Below the pieces are notes generated by a model. The model was not told the origin of the DNA. It saw only the letters and a list, made by a program, of their open reading frames with translations, and made no database searches. Positions 52,831-63,408 of a DNA stretch of 64,000 nt are shown here, piece after piece (positions within the stretch are counted from its first letter, which is position 1; each line of letters starts with the position of its first letter). Source of the stretch: Wickerhamiella versatilis (Eukaryota); the NCBI GenBank assembly GCA_030867685.1, contig JAQOWU010000008.1:186001-250000 (forward strand), in the 5' to 3' direction. The position numbers and the translations under genes are program-made.

Positions 52831-55683
52831 ATGAGATTTTCGTTTAGTCTCTTCCAAGTCTTTATTGCGGCTGCTACAGCTGCAAACTCTACTAATGGGA
52901 CCGAAGGTAGTGGCAGCGCTGCGCTGCCTGATTGGGCCGATGCAGGCGTTGCACAGCTACCCAACTTATTTGATCACAATGCTACAGATGCAAATCAAGT
53001 AGCGCCTGGTTATGATCTCTTGAATATATCGGGAACAAATACTGGCTTAACGGGTATCCTCAAATTGAGAGGAAAGCCGGAAAATATTTACGGGTACGAT
53101 TACGACTTTTTGAATTTAACTGTCCAGTACCAGGCGGATAAGAGGCTCAATGTGAGGATCGCTCCTGTTAATATGACCGACGTATTTTTGGTGCCAGAAT
53201 CGGTGGTTCCCCTGCCTAAAGTGGAGTCAGTCGAGGTGTCCAGCGAATTTCTATTCAAATATCAAAAGGAACAGTTTGGATTTTCTGTGATACGCAAGTC
53301 AACTGGTGAAGAATTATTTTCCACAATTGGCAACCCCCTTGTGTTCGAAAACCAGTTCATCCAGTTAAACACCACGTTGCCCAAGAATCATCGTCTTAGC
53401 GGGCTTGGTGAGGCAATACATGGGTCGAGACTTGCTCCTGGTACAAACAGAACAATATATGATGCTGATCAAGCTAACGAAATAGATGTGAATGAATACG
53501 GCAATCATCCAGTTTACTATGACCAGCGTTATGTGCATAATACCTCTAGCACAACACATGCGGTTTGGTGGCGCACTTCGGCTATTCAAGAAGTGCTTGT
53601 TCGTGACACCAGCCTTACATGGAGGGTACTGTCTGGGATTGTAGATCTCTATTTCTTCGCTGGTCCGACGCCATATGACGCAATCGAGCAGTATGTATCT
53701 CAAGTTGGTCTGCCCGCTTTCCAGCAGTACTGGACCCTCGGCTACCATCAAACGCGCTGGGGTTATGATACTTTAGCTGAGCTTGAAGAGGTGGTTGAAA
53801 ATTTCAAGGCGTTCGATCTTCCTCTTGAAGCCATTTGGAATGATATTGATCCCATGGATCAGAAGAGAGATTTCACTGTTGACCCATACAGGTATCCAGC
53901 TTCTGAATTCAAAAAATTCATTGAAAAGCTTCATAAACAAGGGCAACACTATGTTCCTCTGTTTGACGCTGCGGTATATGTGCCTAATCCAACCAATCAC
54001 TCTGAATCGAACTATTCGACTTATATTAATGGCAAGAATGCTGATATTTTCTTGAAGAATCCAGATGGTTCAGATTACATTGGAGCTGTGTGGCCAGGAT
54101 ACACCGTATTCCCAGATTTCTTCGCAAATGGTAGCGAGGCATACTGGACCAAGGAAATCGCCGATTTTCACAAAACTATTCCTTTTGACGGGATTTGGTT
54201 CGATATGAATGAGGCATCGTCATTCTGCGTTGGTTCATGTGGCTCGGGTGAAGGCAAACTGGAGCAGAACCCAGTGACATCTGCAGATGTCTCATATGAT
54301 CCCTTGTATGTATACCCAAGAGGGTTCAATATTACCAATGCAACTGAATGGGAAGCTGCATTGAGAAATAGCTCTGCTGGAAGCACTGACACTAATTTGA
54401 CCACCGCGCCGATCCCTCTCAACAATGATCAGAACACGTTAGCACCTAACGGTGGTCGCAACATCAATTATCCCCCATATGTGGTCAATAACAAAGCTCA
54501 AGTGGGGCATGATTTAGCAAAACATGCAATTTCTCCTAATGCTACGCATGCCAATGGTGTGGTGGAGTACGATTCACATAATATCTACGGGTTAATGACA
54601 TCATTTGCTACCTATAAAGGTATGCTAAGAGCACAGCCAGGAAAGAGGCCATTTATCATTACTCGTAGCACGTCGATGGGAAGCGGCAGTAAAGTCGCGC
54701 ATTGGGGAGGAGATAACCATGCTGATTGGGCTTGGGCTTATTTCAGCATTCCTCAGGCATTTGCAATGGGTAGTTTCGGTATTCCTTATTTCGGTGTTGA
54801 TACTTGTGGCTTTAATGGAAATACTAATTTCGAGCTTTGTAGCAGGTGGATGCAGCTATCATCCTTCTTCCCGTTCTACCGTAACCATAATGTGCTTGCT
54901 GGAATTCCACAGGAGCCATATAGATGGGAGGCTACGCTTACGGCTAGTAAAACTTCAATGAACATCCGTTACTTGCTTCTGCCTTATTATTATACCCTGC
55001 TTCATGAGGCACATGCAACTGGTCGTCCGTTCCTGCGTCAGCTCCAATGGGAGTTCCCCGATGATGAGTTCTATGCAGACGTTGACAATCAATTCCTGGT
55101 AGGTTCTTCGCTCCTGGTTACTCCTGTGCTAGAACCCAATGTTTCCACTGTGAAGGGTGTGTTCCCAGCATCGGGATCCACTGAAATATGGTATGACTGG
55201 TACACACACGAGCGCCAGAACTTCACCGATTCACATGCAAACTATACCCTTAATGCTCCTCTTGGTCATATTCCTCTCCATGTGCGTGGAGGTTCTGTAT
55301 TACCTGTTCAAGAGCCCGCTTATTCCGTAGAGGAGTCGCGTAAGAATCCATTCGGTGTCATAGCAGCTTTGGACAAGAAGGGCCATGCTTCTGGAGAACT
55401 GTACTTGGATGATGGTGAGTCACTAGATGTCAAAGAGTCACTCTTTGTCGACTTTGTTGTTGAGAACAACACCGTAACTGCGTCTCCCCGTGGTAATTAT
55501 GACGTTAAAGAACCTCTGGCCAATGTCACAATCATGGGTGTTGAGAAAGCACCTAAGTCCGCTGCGTACTTCAATAAAACCGTGCCTTTCAGCTATGAAA
55601 ACAATACTGTGTTTATTACAGGTCTCCAAAACTATACCACATCGGGTGCATGGGCATCGGAGTGGACTATTAGCTGGAATTGA
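52831..55683 (+). CDS. Secreted GH31 alpha-glucosidase/glucoamylase (Gam1/Gca1-like)
   Basis: IWFDMNE (nucleophile), HWGGDN (acid/base), PFYRNHN, YLDDGES; signal peptide from ATG 52831; TATATAAA at 52798. Confidence 0.93.
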   Translation: MRFSFSLFQVFIAAATAANSTNGTEGSGSAALPDWADAGVAQLPNLFDHNATDANQVAPGYDLLNISGTNTGLTGILKLRGKPENIYGYDYDFLNLTVQYQADKRLNVRIAPVNMTDVFLVPESVVPLPKVESVEVSSEFLFKYQKEQFGFSVIRKSTGEELFSTIGNPLVFENQFIQLNTTLPKNHRLSGLGEAIHGSRLAPGTNRTIYDADQANEIDVNEYGNHPVYYDQRYVHNTSSTTHAVWWRTSAIQEVLVRDTSLTWRVLSGIVDLYFFAGPTPYDAIEQYVSQVGLPAFQQYWTLGYHQTRWGYDTLAELEEVVENFKAFDLPLEAIWNDIDPMDQKRDFTVDPYRYPASEFKKFIEKLHKQGQHYVPLFDAAVYVPNPTNHSESNYSTYINGKNADIFLKNPDGSDYIGAVWPGYTVFPDFFANGSEAYWTKEIADFHKTIPFDGIWFDMNEASSFCVGSCGSGEGKLEQNPVTSADVSYDPLYVYPRGFNITNATEWEAALRNSSAGSTDTNLTTAPIPLNNDQNTLAPNGGRNINYPPYVVNNKAQVGHDLAKHAISPNATHANGVVEYDSHNIYGLMTSFATYKGMLRAQPGKRPFIITRSTSMGSGSKVAHWGGDNHADWAWAYFSIPQAFAMGSFGIPYFGVDTCGFNGNTNFELCSRWMQLSSFFPFYRNHNVLAGIPQEPYRWEATLTASKTSMNIRYLLLPYYYTLLHEAHATGRPFLRQLQWEFPDDEFYADVDNQFLVGSSLLVTPVLEPNVSTVKGVFPASGSTEIWYDWYTHERQNFTDSHANYTLNAPLGHIPLHVRGGSVLPVQEPAYSVEESRKNPFGVIAALDKKGHASGELYLDDGESLDVKESLFVDFVVENNTVTASPRGNYDVKEPLANVTIMGVEKAPKSAAYFNKTVPFSYENNTVFITGLQNYTTSGAWASEWTISWN

Positions 55684-55952
55684 TTCAAAATTACTGAAGC
55701 AGCTTCAGCTTTTTCCATTCACGAATGAAATTAACGTCGTTCACGCTGTATTTTTCTCACCGCATCCATCACGCTATTAATGAAAAAAGTGTAGTCGTAT
55801 AAGTACCTATGTAACTATAGATATAGCGGTAAAAAAAAGCGTTTGGATTACTTTGATTTCTCTGTGATTTTTTTGAATATTTTCACTTATTCAATATAGT
55901 ATGGCATATCTTTATAAATTTTATAGGCTCAACAAATGCTCTCTGGAAGTTT

Positions 55953-57644
55953 TCATGTCATCTCCACTGGCTGGGAAACCTGAGCAACTTCGGGTGATAG
56001 CTTCTCCTTGTTCTCTGGCTCCAACGTGAGCTCAAATGACTTGAGTCCATTAATGAGTTCCGTCTCGCACAAATCCATGTATTGAGGGATACCACCCAGA
56101 TATGAGAGTACTTGTCGCTTCTTCCCAGGTATATTGGCTCCCATATACCACGAATTAGCTTTAGGGAACAAAGACCCAACCAGCAAACTGTCGACATGTT
56201 GAGAGAACTCTTCTTCGGCTGATGTCTTCGCATCAGCCTTTACTACTTTGTCATGGCGAAGTTTGTCTATCAGCCTCCCTACCCAGTCAACCTGCACCTC
56301 AAATAGTGAGGGCCCGTTCACAAAGGCTACCGGTGACTGTGGTCCGCCAATATAGAACATATTCGGGAAACCACTTACACAAACCCCAAGCTCTGACTTG
56401 AGACCATCACTCCAATAATCGCGCAAAAGACGGTTTTGGGCTCCCCGAATATCTATCTGTGTTAGACCTCCAGTCACTGCATCAAATCCGGTAGCGAATA
56501 TGAGAAGATCAACATCCAGGAAAGTTCCATCTGATAAAATTACTCCATCCGGAGCGATTTCACTTATAGGATTAGCTTTCACGTCAACGACACTAACATT
56601 ATCTTGGGACAGAACCTCATAATAATCCTGTTCCAGTGAGAGTCTTTTTGTTCCAATGGGATATTGAGGGTTCTCAGGAGCAAGCAGTGCAGCCTTTTGC
56701 GGATCAGGAATACGAGGCAAGGTCTTTTTTCGCCAAAACTTATAGGCTTCTTTGTTCGCATTTTCGTTGAATAAATAATCCCTATAGTTTCCAAGCCAGA
56801 AGTTCAACCCACCCTGTTCATAAAGTTCTTCATAAAACGCTTCTCTCTCTTCAGGTGATACCGCAAGAGTCTCCTTATCAACGAAGTCCACAAGCATCCC
56901 AGAGAACGTGTTGAGACGGTCTTTCATACAATCTTGTAAAGAGCGCTTCTTCCTGTATTGAGATAAGAAGCCTTCTTGATTCTCATCATTGAGCTTCTTC
57001 AGTCTCATGGGCAACGCCATAATTGGAGTTCTCTGCAGAACATAGAGGCTTTTCGCCACTTTCCCCGCTTCCTGAATGGCCTGCACCCCAGTGGATCCTG
57101 TACCCACTACCGCAACCTTACGTCCCTCAAGAGGAATTTGGGGATCCCATCTAGACGTATGCTGCCATCTACCCTTAAACGTATCCAGGCCCTTTAAGGG
57201 AGGAACAAAGAGCTTTGATGCGAAACCTAGACATGGAATGAAATACTTTGCAGTGTAATGTGCTCCATTAGTAGCATCAAGATTCCAAGTATGTTGTGTG
57301 TCATCCCATACGGCTGACTTGATAAACGTATTGAAATCCGTATCCTTACTAAAATTCATCACCTCGTCTGCATATTTGAAATATCGCTGGATCTCAGGCC
57401 AAGCAGGAAATTCTTCAGACCACTTCCATTCCTTCAAAAGCCGTTCGTCATTAAAACCATAAATAGGTGCAGCACTATCTACCCGAGCACCAGGGTAGCA
57501 ATTCCAGTACCACACTCCAGCAAGTACAGGACCACTTTCTACCAGCCTGGCTTTATACCCTCTTTTTCGCATGTCCTCCAGCATCATACATCCTGCAAAT
57601 CCACCGCCAACGATCACTGCATCATAATAACCACCTTCTGGCAT
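55953..57644 (-). CDS. Baeyer-Villiger monooxygenase (cyclohexanone monooxygenase-like)
   Basis: GGGFAG, GVWYWNCYPGARVD, FKGRWQHTSRW fingerprint, GTGSTG, ATGFD, SWYMGANIPGK. Confidence 0.92.
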   Translation of the reverse strand: MPEGGYYDAVIVGGGFAGCMMLEDMRKRGYKARLVESGPVLAGVWYWNCYPGARVDSAAPIYGFNDERLLKEWKWSEEFPAWPEIQRYFKYADEVMNFSKDTDFNTFIKSAVWDDTQHTWNLDATNGAHYTAKYFIPCLGFASKLFVPPLKGLDTFKGRWQHTSRWDPQIPLEGRKVAVVGTGSTGVQAIQEAGKVAKSLYVLQRTPIMALPMRLKKLNDENQEGFLSQYRKKRSLQDCMKDRLNTFSGMLVDFVDKETLAVSPEEREAFYEELYEQGGLNFWLGNYRDYLFNENANKEAYKFWRKKTLPRIPDPQKAALLAPENPQYPIGTKRLSLEQDYYEVLSQDNVSVVDVKANPISEIAPDGVILSDGTFLDVDLLIFATGFDAVTGGLTQIDIRGAQNRLLRDYWSDGLKSELGVCVSGFPNMFYIGGPQSPVAFVNGPSLFEVQVDWVGRLIDKLRHDKVVKADAKTSAEEEFSQHVDSLLVGSLFPKANSWYMGANIPGKKRQVLSYLGGIPQYMDLCETELINGLKSFELTLEPENKEKLSPEVAQVSQPVEMT

Positions 57645-58076
57645 ATTTGTAAGTTACTTGTGTACAATTCAAGTTATGTGGATTTACCTCTTTATATAGC
57701 GTTTCACCCCAGTAGATGTATCTCGGCTTAGCTTAGCATGTCTCCCCCACTCTATCCCCACTCCTTACTAACTATTTTGAAAATGATAGATAAGTAATCC
57801 GTATTATGGAGAAATAACACGACTGAGACCGGTTGTAAACTATATTTTCTAACTATGCTATTGCCTCAACGTAAGTATACAATTTTTTTTGTAAGATAAT
57901 TGGCAAAAAATACGATGTAAATATGCGTGCAATAGTTAGGTCCAGATCTATTCGATGAATACATGCTCTGATTTAAATGCTTTACTTAATATGTCCTTCG
58001 TATTTTTCTCCACTAGAAAGAGGTTCATTCAGTGTGATAAAATGCATTTATGATAGACTACTCGCTATTTTCCGGA

Positions 58077-59282
58077 TCAATAATAATACTGTGGCTGAAA
58101 GTTTTGCATCCCACTCTGCTGAAATTGATAAGGAATTCCTACAGGTTGGTACTGCTGGGCCATCTGCTGTTGAAGATTTGCTTGTTCATATAGCTGTTGC
58201 TGTTGTTGTTGCTGCTGTAGCTGTTGCTGCAATAGGAGCTGCTGTTGAAGCTCTTGTTGTTCGGCAGCAAGCTGCTGCTGCTGCTGCTGATAAAAATAAG
58301 CCTGTGCTTGCTGGTCTAAGGGATACTGTACAGTGAGCCCGTTTGTCATCTGAGGCTGTAAACCAGTGGGTTGCTGAGGAATTTTATACTCTGTATTGTC
58401 CTGAGCCCACCAATTTCCCGTGGGTGTGGGTTGGATTGGAGCAGTGGTTGAAAAGGGGTTATAAGTCTGGACTGCTGGTTGCCTGTTTGGTCTGGGTGGC
58501 AGACTCGGGCGCTCGCTTGTACCAAATATTGAAGGTGCGTCATCAGAAAGATGTGGTATTGATACATGACGTTTTAAGTACTCATTCAGAGCAGAGTTGG
58601 CATAAAATTGCTTTAGTTGTTTGTATTGTGATGTAATTCGAGCATCCAGAGACACATTTGCTTTGCTAGTGGCCATTCTACTCGCAATAAGCGTAACCGA
58701 ACGCAGGACCCCATAGGACATTGCTATAAGAGGAATCAAAGAACACAAACGGCACTCACTGCCAGCATTAGACTGTAAAGAGTCAAACACGGCAGATTCC
58801 AATTTAATTAGATCGGCCTGTATGCTCATCAGTCCCTCTACTATGTCTGTCTTAGCACGATCACTGAACTTTGGCAACGAACCGCTCTTCTCCAACTCAA
58901 ATTTCCCGTTAAATCCACCATGATCCCTATGAAATTCAATAACAGAAATAATCAATCCTGAGTATTGGCGAATCAGCTGGCCATAACCTTTCCAATGTGA
59001 GAAGTCATCTTGAATCTGTCTAAGCCACCTTAACTGGTGTTCTGCAGCCTTGAGCACCGAAGGATGGCCTTCTTGTATAACTCTCAAGACTGTAAACAGC
59101 ACTTTATAAGCTTGTACCTCCCCATGAATCCTTGCCAACTTGACTTCCCGCCAAAACTCTCTTCCGCTCTCCTTGTCCCATGTGTAGTCAATACAAACAT
59201 CCAAAAATCTGCCTTGTGGTGCTCTCTCTTCTTGTGAGCATGCCTTTTGTACAGCGTCTGGGAGGATCACTCTACGGCTCAT
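58077..59282 (-). CDS. Sla2-like ANTH-domain protein, truncated, with Gln-rich tail
   Basis: KACS.EE.AP, CIDYTWD, IQEGHPS, GYGQLI, FNG.FE, ECRL.SLIPLI..SYG; followed by NPF, QPTG-type repeats and polyQ; first ATG 59282. Confidence 0.8.
   Translation of the reverse strand: MSRRVILPDAVQKACSQEERAPQGRFLDVCIDYTWDKESGREFWREVKLARIHGEVQAYKVLFTVLRVIQEGHPSVLKAAEHQLRWLRQIQDDFSHWKGYGQLIRQYSGLIISVIEFHRDHGGFNGKFELEKSGSLPKFSDRAKTDIVEGLMSIQADLIKLESAVFDSLQSNAGSECRLCSLIPLIAMSYGVLRSVTLIASRMATSKANVSLDARITSQYKQLKQFYANSALNEYLKRHVSIPHLSDDAPSIFGTSERPSLPPRPNRQPAVQTYNPFSTTAPIQPTPTGNWWAQDNTEYKIPQQPTGLQPQMTNGLTVQYPLDQQAQAYFYQQQQQQLAAEQQELQQQLLLQQQLQQQQQQQQLYEQANLQQQMAQQYQPVGIPYQFQQSGMQNFQPQYYY
58194..58290 (-). repeat. 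Imperfect CAG/CAA trinucleotide (polyglutamine) repeat
   Basis: Runs of gctgctgctg and tgttgttgt on the + strand encode the Q tracts. Confidence 0.85.
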
Positions 59283-59865
59283 AACTTCGGTTGAAAGATT
59301 GAAACGAAGTTTCAACGATGAAAGTGTGGGTTAGGTTTGTAATGACCAGTTGCAGTCCGACTTAAGTTCATGTTGACAGAGATCGCATATATTCATACTG
59401 TAAAATCATCCATATTTATAATGTTATTGCTTAAGGTCATACAGAACTCACAAAAGCTTGTAGAGTAGGAAAATTCGCTTTTTTAACGGACAAGTCTCAT
59501 CTCTAACATGTCGGAGTTGTTACGAGAGACCGCAGATCATACGATCGTGGTTTCTATGCCTTTCGCTATCTCTCTAACATATACCATGCGGTGTTCACTT
59601 TGCTAACTGTCTAGCATAGAAAGTAGTTAAACTACGGAATTAATACAATCCTTTTGTTCGTAATCATGTTTCGAAATCACGTATCATGCAAAAAACTAAC
59701 ACTCTTAAATACGCGAATATCTTGCTACTTTTCATATCATTTATACATAAGTCTATCGCAACTTGCTTCAGAGCATTATTTTCTTTATTTGGCCCGACAA
59801 CAGTCCGCAAATGGTAGCTAGTATACTGATTCAACCGGAAATTGTCGTGGTAAATTTATCAAAAA

Positions 59866-61674
59866 TTAATCCTTACTCCAGAATTTCAATGAAGACGGCA
59901 CCCTCAACTCAGGTATAGTTGTCTTCTCATCAACCCAATTAGTCCATCGTTCTGCCTTTGACGAGCGGTTATTGACTAAGGAGTCTAAGTTTCGATCAAG
60001 ACTGGTAGGTTCGTGGATCTTATTGCCCTTCTTGTCAATGTGTACCACTCTCTCCCTCTTCCAGCCATCAGTATCCGTGTATTCTTCGGTTTCTACTGTG
60101 TAACCAAATATCCAAGGCGTAAGTTTGAAAACAACCAACCAATATACCAAACCAGCTCCGTATAGACATAGTCCCACACACGCATGAATCCAGTAGGGCA
60201 TTGTTTTGTATTGGTTTTCGCTAGCCTTCTCAGGTGGGACAAATGGGGCCACAATCAGATATAGATTTCCTAATACAAAAAAGAAGGCGACAGGCCACGT
60301 GGCTTTAATATACGGGTGCCATTCAGGGAATAACGCGGGAAGAACTTTGGTCCATCTGCCTAATTTCAATGTCCGCTCACGCTTACGGAAATTGACCCAT
60401 ATGATACCCAATCCAACGAAGCCATTCACCACAGATAATGGGTAAGTGATGAGGTTGGCCACAAAATTGTAGCTATCTGAGCGGGCATCTGCTCCAGCAG
60501 CTGCAGGCGCGAACAACAGGATGATGGAGAAACAATAATGCTCAAATAGCCCTGCTAAAGGAGTCCCCAAAGGACGGCTTGATCCCAGTATCCGGCTAAA
60601 TGGCATAACTGCCTGGCGTCCTAGTTGTTGAACGAGATGTGAAACACCATATATGACTACTATAACATTTCCCAGTGCACTGAGAGCGACAAATACGGAA
60701 AGTGCTTTGCGCCCGCGCTCACCCCAAACAATTCCGAAAAAGTCTGCAGCCAATATGTTTCCAGAGCTAATAATGCTAGGCTGTCCCTCAGGGGCTTCCC
60801 AAGGTACAACACCAAGGTAACTGATATTAGCCAGCATGTAAAGAATGGCCACAAGAACCAACCCTATAGGTGCAGCGATTTTCAGAACGCGCTGTGGATT
60901 TCTAGCTTCACCTAATGCGTAGTTGGCATTAGAGTATCCAATAAAGCTCCATATTACATTTAGCAACGAGCTAACCACACCGTATCCAGTTGCATTTAGA
61001 CCCTTGTCAAAGCTATTATGAAAGTTGTGGGTCTGCTTGATACCACCTCCACCACCCCAGCCTACCCAACCAATAATAATGATCATAATCAGCACAACAA
61101 CCTTGAATAAACCTAAAATGTTCGACAAATACAAAGCGGGGCGAGGAAAGAATGCTTGAATGAGAAACGCAAATGTCAGACACGCGAATCCAACGAGCGG
61201 TTGTACCCACTGCTGTTGCCATTCTGTGCGTTCAACGCTGAAATAGTCTGCAGCAGCTAGAATGTATTGCCCAAATGCGATAGAATTCGATGCTGCCCAT
61301 CCAAGCAAAAACACATATATACAATATGTGCTTGAAACCAGATACTTGGGCTTAGGAAATGCTTTAGCGATATAAACACTCTCACCACCATTCTCTGGAA
61401 GCATGCTACCAAATTCCAGATAGCACATTAGGCCTGAGATAGAGATGAGAGTTCCAATCGCCCAAAGAATCAATGCGAGACCAGGGCTACCTGATTGCGA
61501 GAATATAGAACTAGGTGTGCTGAAAATCCCTGTACCTATTAACCTGTTAACAATAAGGAAGATGGCACTTATCACGCCCACATTTCGCTTGTGTTCGTGC
61601 ACACTACCGCGGAAACTGGAACTTGATGAGCCAAGCGACGCCATCGCATCACTTTTCTGCTCATCCCCACCCAT
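59866..61674 (-). CDS. MUP1: High-affinity methionine permease-like (LAT family)
   Basis: NRLIGTGIFSTPSSI, EFG..LP.NGGE, IWSFIGYSNANYALGE, SALGNV, TPLAGLFEH. Confidence 0.8.
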   Translation of the reverse strand: MGGDEQKSDAMASLGSSSSSFRGSVHEHKRNVGVISAIFLIVNRLIGTGIFSTPSSIFSQSGSPGLALILWAIGTLISISGLMCYLEFGSMLPENGGESVYIAKAFPKPKYLVSSTYCIYVFLLGWAASNSIAFGQYILAAADYFSVERTEWQQQWVQPLVGFACLTFAFLIQAFFPRPALYLSNILGLFKVVVLIMIIIIGWVGWGGGGGIKQTHNFHNSFDKGLNATGYGVVSSLLNVIWSFIGYSNANYALGEARNPQRVLKIAAPIGLVLVAILYMLANISYLGVVPWEAPEGQPSIISSGNILAADFFGIVWGERGRKALSVFVALSALGNVIVVIYGVSHLVQQLGRQAVMPFSRILGSSRPLGTPLAGLFEHYCFSIILLFAPAAAGADARSDSYNFVANLITYPLSVVNGFVGLGIIWVNFRKRERTLKLGRWTKVLPALFPEWHPYIKATWPVAFFFVLGNLYLIVAPFVPPEKASENQYKTMPYWIHACVGLCLYGAGLVYWLVVFKLTPWIFGYTVETEEYTDTDGWKRERVVHIDKKGNKIHEPTSLDRNLDSLVNNRSSKAERWTNWVDEKTTIPELRVPSSLKFWSKD

Positions 61675-62295
61675 ATTCCAGAATTTTATCGACCAGCTTT
61701 CTCAATATCAAAAGTTATTATTTCAATCCTCAATTAAGCAACTTAGACGTTATAACTCTCTTTTTCTTTTTCAAGGTTAGGGCAAGTCAACGAATTGCAA
61801 CGAATGACGCGATTGTCAAAACACCGTTTTTCTCCAATTAAAGTATATTCAGTCCATAGCTATCCCCTATAGCTTTTTTCTTAACAGAAAATGTTATTAG
61901 CTTCACTGTCTCCTACCATACAGAGACGTATGTGAAGATCTCTTTCATCATGTTGCGTCAAGTCACGTTTTATGACATAATAACTGATGCATAGTCTATT
62001 AGAGCACTACCGTAAACTATTCAACTAGACTCTCTCTGAGATCTTTTCGCGGGTTGGGTATGAGCTGTACAAGTTTCTTTATTAAAATGACCTACACTTT
62101 GTTAGAGATATCATCTATATCAATGTTACCAGTCGCCAGCTGAGTAGTTTGAGCATATCTTGTTGGTACTAATTATACATTGTAAACATTTACTGCAACT
62201 CCTAGTCCTCATTACGGCTTCTGATACCATATGAATCGTATTATCTTATCATGAAGGATACGAATACGCAAATCAACAATATATTCAAATTCAAT

Positions 62296-63408
62296 TCAAT
62301 TCAATCGTCTTTCCACTTCTTCATATCTTGGTAAATGACTATTACTATTGTCAGTACTTTGCTGCTCCCCACTTAACATTCCCCAGACATGTACAGGAAT
62401 AGACTGCTCGACTGAACCTGACCTTCTACGAGTCTCGTCAGAGAAAACCAATTTCAGCAGAAGGTTATAGTAGTGAGTGAGCCGTTTAGTTCTGAAGGAT
62501 TCTACCAAGCCAGATATTGTTGCTGAACTAAAATCCTCAGTTAGATCGCAAACTCCTGCTTCAAACCTTCTTTCATCTGTCACATGATTAATTAAATGCC
62601 TTTTTGTCACTATAGTCCCTCCACCCCCATCAACAGGAGTGATTTTCATATGTTCATTCAAATATAATGCGCATTCTTTTAGAAAAAGACCTTCTGAGTT
62701 GGGCACTTCCAAACGAATGCGAAGATCGAGTGGTTGCGGATATTGTAATATTCCTCTTCCATTGATCATTGATATAACAATTACTTTCAAAGCATGCCGT
62801 TTTAGCTCGGACCTCATTAGACGGTTAGCTATTCCCGAAATGCCTGGGAGACGCAGGTAGAGGGTATGTTCGCATACACGGGAATCAGGCTTCTCAAGCA
62901 ATGGCAAACAATGTCTTGGTATCACCATAATTTTTAGAGTAAGGTCACGAACCTGGTCTCCAAATATATCTTTTCGCCTTAAGCTAGCTTTCACATACCA
63001 CATTATTCGCGCAAATCCCGCGTTATCACCCATTTGTATCGAACCCGGAAGATTAGAGTCAAGAGGGATTTTGAATTTGAAATTGAAGTCATGCAGTCCT
63101 TTACTCATTTTGTAGTACTTCTTCCCCAGTTGCTCTGGCCTGTCCATGGATTCTATTTGAAGACCCGGAAAAACATCCTTGGTTCTCCTCAGGTGAGAAT
63201 ACTGTTCGACAATGCTCCTAGCATCTCCCACAATAGAACCTACTACTGCTCGGGCCATTCCTACCTCATCACAGCACAAAGAAACATTAAGGTTCCTAAC
63301 ATCAAAGTCTTCAGGTAAATCGAGGCTTACAACACCGCGCACAACATCACCCGTAGTGTAAACAACTTTATCACCATCAAGGCTGATAGCTGCCGCAATG
63401 TTCTTCAT
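62296..63408 (-). CDS. Divergent arrestin-fold protein
   Basis: VYTTGDVVRG.V, G.H.FNFKFKIP...LPGS, I.WYVKA.L.R, C-terminal LPRY. Confidence 0.72.
   Translation of the reverse strand: MKNIAAAISLDGDKVVYTTGDVVRGVVSLDLPEDFDVRNLNVSLCCDEVGMARAVVGSIVGDARSIVEQYSHLRRTKDVFPGLQIESMDRPEQLGKKYYKMSKGLHDFNFKFKIPLDSNLPGSIQMGDNAGFARIMWYVKASLRRKDIFGDQVRDLTLKIMVIPRHCLPLLEKPDSRVCEHTLYLRLPGISGIANRLMRSELKRHALKVIVISMINGRGILQYPQPLDLRIRLEVPNSEGLFLKECALYLNEHMKITPVDGGGGTIVTKRHLINHVTDERRFEAGVCDLTEDFSSATISGLVESFRTKRLTHYYNLLLKLVFSDETRRRSGSVEQSIPVHVWGMLSGEQQSTDNSNSHLPRYEEVERRLN

Noticed and set aside
57977-58336. 119-aa Ala/Val-rich plus-strand ORF
   Set aside because: Antisense shadow of the polyglutamine codons of the ANTH gene
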